From a candidate division WOR-3 bacterium (GTDB lineage Bacteria; Hydrothermota; Hydrothermia; B15-G9; WFZT01): DNA of 16,862 nucleotides. This document shows positions 1 to 7,691 of the stretch, in pieces. The stretch is taken from NCBI GenBank assembly GCA_027053075.1, contig JALUEE010000031.1, forward strand, positions 1 to 16,862. Reading direction: 5' to 3'. The translations under genes were made by a program, and so were the position numbers. The notes beneath the pieces were generated by a model. It was not told where the DNA came from. It searched no databases and saw only the letters and a program-made list of their open reading frames with translations. How positions within the stretch are numbered: the first letter of the stretch is position 1; each line of letters opens with the position of its first letter.

Positions 1-3000
1 CTCTCCTGCCCTGTGATCTGTAAGGATTTACGCCAGTAGGAAGTCCATCCTCTGTGTGGTCGAGTGTCTCTTCTCTTATTACACTGAAATCGCTTGAAAC
101 AACTGCTGTCTTCAAACTCCAGCTCTGTGGAGTGAATAGGGTATCACCCGCCATCTGACCTGCCATTTCCTCATATACTATATAGTAATTACCATCACTG
201 TATGAAACTCCATACCCTGGTGAGAATTGCCCCATCTTCACCACAAAGTGTTCGTTTTCAAAACCGTCACTATGGGTCCTTGCAAACAAACTGTCGTTCC
301 TGACGTAAAATACTGTAAATGAGCTATCGGTGTGTACTGCTACAGGGTTGTAACCTTTACAAATAATATTTTCTCGACTCCACCCGGTAACGGTATTATC
401 AGACTGGACATAATTGACATATCCATATCTTGAGAAGAAGATATAATTTGAGTCACCGTGGTGAATTGATGAAAGATCGCCTTTCATAATGTCAGGTCTA
501 ATTACAATCTCGTCTTTAACTTTAAATGATCTTTCTTTAAAGGCCATTTCACTTGCATTCAGATCATAAAGAGCAAGGTATTTTTGGTAAATTCCAGCTC
601 TACCTCTATATCTATTGGAAAATGCAACTTGTCCATTATTGTAAGCATGTCTTTCTATAATTCTCGAAGACCATTGAGTATTTCCAGCGGGTCTTGTGTA
701 AGTTATAAATTTAGAAAAAGATTCGGTATCTCTCACTACAACACCAATAACTTCGTCACCGTAGGAATTTTGTGAGTAGTCAAGAGAAAATACGTTTTCA
801 CCTGTAATATCCTGTGTTATCATCTCTGTCCTATCTACCCAGATCATATCTGCTACACCATCAATCACCGCCTCCTTTATTCCTTCCTCCGAGGCCCAAA
901 CAACCCTATTATTATCTGAATCAACAAAACCTCCGTATGCCTGGATCGTGTCTAAAACCACATAACTGTATTCATCATCTCCGTAGAAAGCTATAATTTT
1001 ACTTCCGCTGGGATAATTGCTGGAATTTAGAACAACTCCCCATGGAAACTCTGCCACCTCTACTCCATCTACCTTTAGTGGGCTCAAGCTCGCGACAGAA
1101 GTAGTATTAAATAAATTATGGGCGTCAATGTAACCTAATATCGATATAGTGTTTGATAAAGTGTATTCAGCCCAGTATATTCTTTCTTCTAAACTATTAT
1201 GTACTGTAAACACAAAATTTATCCCTACATTGTTACTTTCTCTGTTCCAGATTAATGTTGGATGTCCTGCCACACCGTTTCCTGAGAAAACTTCTATCAC
1301 TCCATGCAATCCGACGCCACTGTATGTTATAAAATCGACATGGCTAATATTATTCCCGAGCTCGTAAATTGCCAAACCAGCAAACTTTACACCATTCTGT
1401 AGGTCCACTGGAATCATGTCAAATTTAAATGATCTAATCACAAAATCGGATATCAATCGGTAGATGGTATCTTCTGTAGTCCAATTAATCCCGTCCATAG
1501 AAGATTTGAGCAATATTATCATCCCATGCCATTTACTTCCGCTGACAGATTGTGCTATAGCAATATATTCCTTATTGCCCTTATGCATAACTTTTGAAGC
1601 ATTCTGCACTAAAAATGTTGGAGTATTGTACACTCTCTCAGTAACCCATTCTGAAGCAACGTCGTCATTATTAATAGCCCTGATTTTATAATCGTATGTA
1701 TGAAATGGAGCGACCGTATGGTCCACATAACTTGTTGCATCACTGTCGTTGATCGTTATAGTTCTGACATTTCCTTCCTCATCGATTCTCTGGATTTCAT
1801 ATCCAGAATTATATCGAGACCTGTCCGTCCAGGTAAGGGTAACATTTCGATAGTTATTTGATGTTGAGACATTAAAGTTTGAAGGTTCATTTAATGCAGT
1901 CAACACCGGGTTCAATGGTAGAATGTAAGGCCAGTAAAGGTCAGGATGTTCGACAGGATTCTGATCTTCCGATCTTACAGGATTTCCATTGACAAAGTAG
2001 TGTTGATAATAAGGGTTCGAGTATACTGCACTCTGACTATTATAAACACCTCTGTAATCCGAGCTAAACATGGTGGCAAATTGATTAGGGTTATCCCGAT
2101 TACCTGTTCGTACTTCAAAGAAAACAGTATCAGATCCATTACTCACGATTTCCTGGGCATTAAAAAGTAGAGTACCATCATGACGAGCAATATCTGTAAA
2201 TTGAACCGAGGTTATTGGTATAGGAGTTTTAACACTTCTAATGTTTATTTTGGTATTCCCAAAAGTAACGATGTCGTAATTTAAATTCAGTATTTTGGGG
2301 TCTCCTTCGACTTCTATAGATTCTGGCAAATAAATCTCACTATTACTATCCGCGAAAAACAGATTAATCACTCCCGGTTGATCCACAAACCTATCATTTG
2401 GTATATTCCACATCCCTCCCAATAGACCAGCTTTTCTCGCAAGCGACCATATTGGTCTTCCATTTAATCTATAATCTAAAGATTGGGGACCATTGACAAA
2501 CACATCCCTCATTATAGGAAATAATTCTATTGCCCTCAAAATTTCACCAGAGTATGATGCTCTCATGCAAGGTTTATCTATAGTCCCGTAGATATAGAAA
2601 AACTCAATTTCCCTCCTCAAATCGTAATATTCCTCCGGTCTATCTGAGCTTGGGATACAACTCCATAATTCATCAAAATTCTCAGGAGTTTCAAAATAAG
2701 TATACCATGGATTATCGCCTAGGCAGTAGTCAAAGACTGAATGGACTACACTCAATAGAGCTGCTCTCAAAGCAGGCCATGCTATCGTCTGTATAAGGTC
2801 ACAGATAACCGGGGTGTCACACAATCTCCAATAATTATCTCCTATATCTACCCAAAAATTAGCAATATCATTAAAGCTCCACTGAGGATGTGAAAAAATC
2901 CCACCAAGATCAGTTCCATTCCGTCTGTATCCCATGGTCAAAAATAACATCATAGCCCATCCATGTAGATATGACTCTAATCTTTCCTGAGTGAGAGAAC

Positions 3001-3829
3001 TGTTACCATAACCCACGTGTTGTGCCGCCTCCACGAATTTCTGAACAGGTAGGAAGTTCATATCTTGCCATCTACCCATTATCCTACCATTAATACTGAC
3101 TCTATAATAAAATTCCATTGCTCCCCAGACGTAATTAATAAATACTGATCCGCTGAACATCGAGCCTCGATACAATATATTTCTAATATGTGACCAGTCT
3201 GGTATAAATGTGGGAGTAAAAAGTTCATAGAAAGATTCAGCATAAAAGAGAATATCTTCCGTATTCCCTCCCAGATTAAATGCACTATCGGATTCAACAG
3301 CATAACCATAACCAAACCTGCTTGGCTGAAGCACCATGTGGGCAAATAAATCCTGAATCACGTGCATATAAGCTCCATATATCAATGCCTTTTCAAGAGA
3401 AGTCCAATGGTGATCACGTGCATATATAGCCATTTCTCTCAACTTCTCAAGATTGGTATTGGGTGGATTACCATTGAATGTTATCGGAGTTTGAACCGCG
3501 TTATGTGTGTGATCTTGAATATACATCGGACCAGTTGCATGATTTCTATGATTATACAAACTATTTATAAAACTGCGAATCTTGTTTTGTGCATCTGTAT
3601 CGAACATATCTGGAATAGTTAAACCTATCAGATAGAATTTCTTAATAAGAAGAGCATTTTCTCCATACATGTATCCTCTTAAAGCGTTCGCAAAAGATGT
3701 GTCTCCAAATGCCTCCCAGAAAGATATAGCTCCATCTCTCATACCAAGATACATATGTGTTGCAGGGTTAAATCCCGCAAGTTTGCTCACTCCTAATAAA
3801 AATACTAAAATTAATATATTCTTTTTCAT
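1..3829 (-). CDS. Giant secreted multidomain protein, >1276 aa, 3' end outside the window: signal peptide, Zn-dependent phospholipase C / S1-P1 nuclease-like domain, unknown region, FN3 domain, Asp-box/beta-propeller-like region
   Basis: Not in the ORF track. Manual translation from ATG 3829 (SD GGAGGTG at 3840-3834) is stop-free to position 1. It begins MKKNILILVFLLGVSKLAG/FNPATH. Motifs: FYLIGLTIPDMF (D74), YGAYMHVIQDLFAH (H156/D160/H164), FN3-like NEPSNFNV...VTLTWTD...GYEIQR...SYVDHTV...YDYKIRAIN...SEW (nt ~1891-1630), Asp-box-like SMDGINW (nt ~1501-1481). The ORF itself is secure; the domain calls are motif-based. Confidence 0.93.
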   Translation of the reverse strand, partial: MKKNILILVFLLGVSKLAGFNPATHMYLGMRDGAISFWEAFGDTSFANALRGYMYGENALLIKKFYLIGLTIPDMFDTDAQNKIRSFINSLYNHRNHATGPMYIQDHTHNAVQTPITFNGNPPNTNLEKLREMAIYARDHHWTSLEKALIYGAYMHVIQDLFAHMVLQPSRFGYGYAVESDSAFNLGGNTEDILFYAESFYELFTPTFIPDWSHIRNILYRGSMFSGSVFINYVWGAMEFYYRVSINGRIMGRWQDMNFLPVQKFVEAAQHVGYGNSSLTQERLESYLHGWAMMLFLTMGYRRNGTDLGGIFSHPQWSFNDIANFWVDIGDNYWRLCDTPVICDLIQTIAWPALRAALLSVVHSVFDYCLGDNPWYTYFETPENFDELWSCIPSSDRPEEYYDLRREIEFFYIYGTIDKPCMRASYSGEILRAIELFPIMRDVFVNGPQSLDYRLNGRPIWSLARKAGLLGGMWNIPNDRFVDQPGVINLFFADSNSEIYLPESIEVEGDPKILNLNYDIVTFGNTKINIRSVKTPIPITSVQFTDIARHDGTLLFNAQEIVSNGSDTVFFEVRTGNRDNPNQFATMFSSDYRGVYNSQSAVYSNPYYQHYFVNGNPVRSEDQNPVEHPDLYWPYILPLNPVLTALNEPSNFNVSTSNNYRNVTLTWTDRSRYNSGYEIQRIDEEGNVRTITINDSDATSYVDHTVAPFHTYDYKIRAINNDDVASEWVTERVYNTPTFLVQNASKVMHKGNKEYIAIAQSVSGSKWHGMIILLKSSMDGINWTTEDTIYRLISDFVIRSFKFDMIPVDLQNGVKFAGLAIYELGNNISHVDFITYSGVGLHGVIEVFSGNGVAGHPTLIWNRESNNVGINFVFTVHNSLEERIYWAEYTLSNTISILGYIDAHNLFNTTSVASLSPLKVDGVEVAEFPWGVVLNSSNYPSGSKIIAFYGDDEYSYVVLDTIQAYGGFVDSDNNRVVWASEEGIKEAVIDGVADMIWVDRTEMITQDITGENVFSLDYSQNSYGDEVIGVVVRDTESFSKFITYTRPAGNTQWSSRIIERHAYNNGQVAFSNRYRGRAGIYQKYLALYDLNASEMAFKERSFKVKDEIVIRPDIMKGDLSSIHHGDSNYIFFSRYGYVNYVQSDNTVTGWSRENIICKGYNPVAVHTDSSFTVFYVRNDSLFARTHSDGFENEHFVVKMGQFSPGYGVSYSDGNYYIVYEEMAGQMAGDTLFTPQSWSLKTAVVSSDFSVIREETLDHTEDGLPTGVNPYRSQGRR

Positions 3830-3850
3830 AATTCACCTCCTACCAATTGT

Positions 3851-5008
3851 TCAAAATCCTATAGTATCATAAAAAATATCGTACTGATAATGGGTTTCAT
3901 CTTTTTGGATGATGCTCTCCCAAACAAGATGAACGCCTCCCTCTGGGCCCATAGCTCCAGAAAGTGTCCATGCCCATAAAGGGAAGTCCATCTCATTGAC
4001 TGTCCCCCACCTACCATCTCTCCTAATAATATATTGCACCGGAATGTTCAGACTACTTCTACCATCTACCCAGGCAAGTAATAGCTCACCAGTATGAAAT
4101 GCTACATATTTATGTCTTGGCCATCCCACTGTCCTTGGTATTGTATCCGGCTCCGTCCAACTCCCGTTCTCAAGATGTGTGTAATATATTATCCCTGTAT
4201 TCCATCCTGCTCTGTAATCTTGCTCAGTCCAGAATATCCATGGGTGATCCTCTTCGTCCAGAAATATGTATCCGTACCATGACTTGTAATCACTATGGGT
4301 AACATTCACCTGACTCCATTCTCCTGAAGGGGAGCGGTAAATATAATAAATATCACGGTCCCCTTCCCACACAACGTGCAATCCACCTTCTCGATCAACT
4401 GCAATAGACGGATTTAGGACATAGTAGGGAGATGTTTCAGTTGCACTCCAATGACCATCTGACATTTTTTTCTTATATCTCATCCTCAGACCTTCAGACC
4501 ATATAACATACACAACACCAGATGAGTCCACCGCAATACGTGGTTGGTCAGCAAAGTCCTCCCCTGACAAAACTATCGTCCTTGTCCACTCCCCTGTCGG
4601 TGTTCTCATTCGATAGTATATCTTTACATCATTTTGCCCAATTGTGTTCGCCTCCCACACAAGATGTACATTGCCAAATGGATCCGCTACGATGTGTGGA
4701 GCCCATGCGTCGTGTAAACTGTCTGAGAGTATCTCTATATCACTCCAATCCTCATCGGGTGGTTTATACCGGAAGTATATTCGGGATGGGTCATATCTTG
4801 TTCTACCACCGTCCATCCATGCCACATACACCGTACCGTCATGTCCAATCGCTATCCATGGGCCGTAAGACTGCGTAGAATCTGTCCTCGATATATTCCT
4901 TGGATCATACTGTGGACCTGGTGGGTTATTACCAGGATTAAATGTTGACCTCTTGCATGACACAAAAAGAGCCAATCCTAAAATTATCAATTTTTTGATA
5001 TTCAACAC
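3851..5008 (-). CDS. Lipoprotein with a 7-repeat beta-propeller (BNR/sialidase-like fold), function unknown
   Basis: 385-aa ORF with basic N-terminus, hydrophobic stretch and lipobox LFVS-C18. Seven repeats of the type P-x-I-A-V-D-x-x-G-x-V-H-V-V-W-x-[DE] (e.g. QPRIAVDSSGVVYVIWSE, NPSIAVDREGGLHVVWEG). SD GAGGAGGT at 5018-5011 lies 2 nt from GTG 5008 but 5 nt from TTG 5005, so the true start is probably TTG 5005. Confidence 0.88.
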   Translation of the reverse strand: MLNIKKLIILGLALFVSCKRSTFNPGNNPPGPQYDPRNISRTDSTQSYGPWIAIGHDGTVYVAWMDGGRTRYDPSRIYFRYKPPDEDWSDIEILSDSLHDAWAPHIVADPFGNVHLVWEANTIGQNDVKIYYRMRTPTGEWTRTIVLSGEDFADQPRIAVDSSGVVYVIWSEGLRMRYKKKMSDGHWSATETSPYYVLNPSIAVDREGGLHVVWEGDRDIYYIYRSPSGEWSQVNVTHSDYKSWYGYIFLDEEDHPWIFWTEQDYRAGWNTGIIYYTHLENGSWTEPDTIPRTVGWPRHKYVAFHTGELLLAWVDGRSSLNIPVQYIIRRDGRWGTVNEMDFPLWAWTLSGAMGPEGGVHLVWESIIQKDETHYQYDIFYDTIGF

Positions 5009-5256
5009 CTACCTCCTCTGTGTTTTAACATATTCCCCTCGTCTTCATTTGAAGTTATGCCTTCCGATAAAATTGTCCACGACTTTTTTATAATTTTAAT
5101 ACCCTCATACTCCCTCACCTCCTTTATTTTAAATCTTGTGGAAAATTTGGAATACTTAGATGGGGACAGCGTAATAAAGTGAATAACACCCCCAATCAGG
5201 CAGGTTTGCGATTTACTTAAAAATATCTTATATCTATTTCCCCATCCACCCTCCAT
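5002..5256 (-). CDS. Small hypothetical protein (84 aa), possibly a leader ORF or gene remnant
   Basis: Strong SD-like AGGAGGGG a few nt upstream of ATG 5256. Its TGA (5004-5002) overlaps the probable TTG start of the lipoprotein (TTGA). No recognisable motif. Confidence 0.35.
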   Translation of the reverse strand: MEGGWGNRYKIFLSKSQTCLIGGVIHFITLSPSKYSKFSTRFKIKEVREYEGIKIIKKSWTILSEGITSNEDEGNMLKHRGGRC

Positions 5257-5340
5257 CTTTTCCCCTCCTGTTCACCATCTTCCCAGGGCAATTCTTCAAC
5301 ATCATTTTCCCAACTCCTTTATCAATTACAGAACATTTTA

Positions 5341-5370
5341 ATTTAAAGGGTAAAGTCCAAAATCTGTCAA
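5341..5370 (-). promoter_or_regulatory. Candidate sigma70 promoter for the lipoprotein/giant protein unit
   Basis: TTGACA (5370-5365), 18-nt spacer, TTAAAT (5346-5341), in an AT-rich context. Confidence 0.5.
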
Positions 5371-5503
5371 GTATTTTTTAGTTTGAATTATAAATTCTGA
5401 TTCTTGTTGGGATTTGCAATGGTATAACCAACATGAGGAAAGGCATAATGGATATAAACAGTGAGATGAATATGGACAAGTCCGATTTAATGTGTCACCT
5501 ATT

Positions 5504-5535
5504 CCACCCCACTCTCCCTTCCCCAGGAAGGGAGT
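5504..5535. repeat. REP-like GC-rich hairpin
   Basis: CCACCCC lead-in, then a perfect 9-bp inverted repeat CTCCCTTCC (5514-5522), loop CCA, GGAAGGGAG (5526-5534). Confidence 0.55.
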
Positions 5536-5867
5536 TCTATTTTCGCTTAAACCAACATGGATAAAACCTTTATCAAGAAGCTAAGAATATCCCCTTCTCC
5601 GAGGAAAAAGTTATCAGGGGAAAATTCTAAGTATTATAGTGAAGAGAGGCTGCATTCTTCATAAAAGCCCACCCCTAACTTATAATTTTTCCAAAAAAGG
5701 GGAATTTCCGGAGATAGGAAAAGTGTACTTTCGACCAAAATATCCACCTCTTGCGAAGCACGGGCCGGACGGTTACTTAAAACTCAACATGCAAAAATTG
5801 ATTCAAGAGATTGCGCATTCTAAAGAATTCATCAACTTTCCAAAGTACTTATTGCGTCTAAGATTCA

Positions 5868-7691
5868 CTATATTTTCCCCAATTTCTCCAGAATCTCCGG
5901 TATTAGCCTGTATCTTCCAAGGGGTGGCATGAAGAGGATACCATTCACGAGGTCAATAATGCCCTCAATAACCTCTATGGCAATCTCTATACCCTCAAGT
6001 TCCCCCTCGCGTCCGCTTTTGCCCTTCATCCTCCGCAGAAACTCCTCAGGTATTTCAATCCCCGGAACCTCATAATGCAGGTATTCAGCATTTCTGTATG
6101 ATACAAGCGGCATGATTCCAGCTATTACAGGGACATCCTTTAATTTTTCAAAAACTTGCCTTGCGGCTTTTACGTCATAAACAGGCTGTGTCACAACAAA
6201 ATGTGCCCCCTTTTTAATCTTCCGGAGTACATTTTTAAGCATTCTCTCGGGGTCTCCTGAAACGCTCATTCCCACTCCGATGAAAAAATGGGTCTTTGCA
6301 CTGATAGGATTCCCCAGGAAATCCACACCGTGGTTCAGTGCTGACATGAGCTCCACAAGTCCCTCAGATGTCAGGTCATACACCCCGGTTGCAAAGGGAT
6401 AATCACCGATTGACGGTGGATCACCTGAAAGTGCAATAAAGTTTTCCAGTCCCAGCGCATCTGCACCAAGTAGATCAGATTGGATACCGATGATATTCCT
6501 GTCCCTGCATGTGTAATGGACAACAACCTCTTTGCCAAGACGCTCTTTTAACAATCGAGCCACAGCGATGGGTGACATGCGCGGACGGGCCATTGGACTA
6601 TCAGAAACCGTGAGGGCAAAGATGCCATCGCTGTAAGGCTTTATCTTTTTGATGAAGGCCTCAATATCCGCGCCACGTGGTGGGTCAACCTCCATGAGAA
6701 ATGTCTTTCCTCTCTCAAGCTGCTCTTTCAGTTTTGATCGAATCTCTTCTTTCTTCTTCATCTCACCGGTGCTTTCTTCAACTACAACTCGAGACACTCG
6801 CCTTTTGCCACGCTTAACCCCCTTCAGTCTCTCTTTTAGTTTTCTAATATGCTCCGGGGTGGTTCCACAGCATCCACCGATGACCTTCACCCCAAATTCA
6901 AGAAACTTTTTCCCATACTCAGCGAAGTAGTCAGGATTGTAAGGGTAGTAGAATTTTCCCTGGACAAACTGGGCACGTCCTGCATTGGGCATGGCAGAAA
7001 GCTCTTTCGTGGTTACAGATGCCATCTTTCGAACCGCTTCATAGACGTTCTGTGGGCCAAGTCCACAATTGGAGCCGATGACATCTGCCTCGCTTCTGTC
7101 CAGCTTTGCTCCCACTTCATAGGGATTCTTACCAAAGAGGGTGAGTCCATTATTGGGAAATGACATCTCTGCAATGACAAACACGTCGGGATCAACCTCT
7201 TTTGCCACCCGAATCCCCACTAAAAGCTCTTCGAGGCACGAGAAGGTCTCAAATACAAGCAGATCAACTCCACCTTCAAGTAATGCCTCTATCTGTTCCC
7301 TGAAAATGCTCTCCGCTTCCTCATCTGAAAGCCGCTTCTCGCGATCCAGTGGACGTGAAATTGGCCCAATTGAGCCCGCGACAAAGATATCATCTTTCGC
7401 AACTGCCCTTGCAATTCTTGCCCCGTAGTAATTGATTTCACGGGTTTTATTTCCAATTCCAAAATACTCTTCAAGGATAAATCTGTTCGCGCCAAAGGTA
7501 TTGGTGGTGATGACCTCTGCTCCTGCCTCTTTGTAAGCGGCATGAATTTCTTTCACAATCTCGGGCATAGTTATGTTCAGCTCATCGTAGCACAGTCCTT
7601 TGGGTACACCACGGGCATAAATCTCGGTGCCCATGGCACCGTCAAACACGATATAATCCTTTTCCTCGAAAAATTCTCTAAACTTCATCAA
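5868..7691 (-). CDS. yitJ: Bifunctional homocysteine S-methyltransferase / methylenetetrahydrofolate reductase (YitJ-type)
   Basis: N-terminal Hcy-binding domain: DGAMGT, TNTFGAN, Zn ligands in SNCGLGP and GGCCGTTPEHI. C-terminal MTHFR domain: EVDPPRG, DSPMARPRMS, HYTCRDRN, SGDP, VTQPVYD. Position 7691 is TTG; ATG 7688, 8-9 nt downstream of GAGGA, is the likelier start. Overlaps the metH stop codon. Confidence 0.92.
   Translation of the reverse strand: MMKFREFFEEKDYIVFDGAMGTEIYARGVPKGLCYDELNITMPEIVKEIHAAYKEAGAEVITTNTFGANRFILEEYFGIGNKTREINYYGARIARAVAKDDIFVAGSIGPISRPLDREKRLSDEEAESIFREQIEALLEGGVDLLVFETFSCLEELLVGIRVAKEVDPDVFVIAEMSFPNNGLTLFGKNPYEVGAKLDRSEADVIGSNCGLGPQNVYEAVRKMASVTTKELSAMPNAGRAQFVQGKFYYPYNPDYFAEYGKKFLEFGVKVIGGCCGTTPEHIRKLKERLKGVKRGKRRVSRVVVEESTGEMKKKEEIRSKLKEQLERGKTFLMEVDPPRGADIEAFIKKIKPYSDGIFALTVSDSPMARPRMSPIAVARLLKERLGKEVVVHYTCRDRNIIGIQSDLLGADALGLENFIALSGDPPSIGDYPFATGVYDLTSEGLVELMSALNHGVDFLGNPISAKTHFFIGVGMSVSGDPERMLKNVLRKIKKGAHFVVTQPVYDVKAARQVFEKLKDVPVIAGIMPLVSYRNAEYLHYEVPGIEIPEEFLRRMKGKSGREGELEGIEIAIEVIEGIIDLVNGILFMPPLGRYRLIPEILEKLGKI

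Noticed and set aside
584..3872. Short ORFs in the track (plus-strand 584-775, 814-996, 1149-1367, 1464-1691, 1946-2170, 3362-3622, 3669-3872; minus-strand 3079-3345)
   Set aside because: All lie antisense to, or out of frame within, the uninterrupted giant ORF (3829 to <1) and have no recognisable motifs.
4094..4878. Plus-strand ORFs inside the lipoprotein gene
   Set aside because: Antisense shadows of a well-supported repeat protein.
5257..5867. CRISPR array, riboswitch, tRNA or IS in the intergenic spacer
   Set aside because: No regularly spaced identical repeats, cloverleaf, recognisable SAM/B12 aptamer core or transposase remnant seen by eye. An Infernal/Rfam scan would be decisive.
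5639..5932. 97-aa plus-strand ORF
   Set aside because: GTG start without an SD, runs through a decayed repeat, overlaps the yitJ 3' end convergently, and has no motif.
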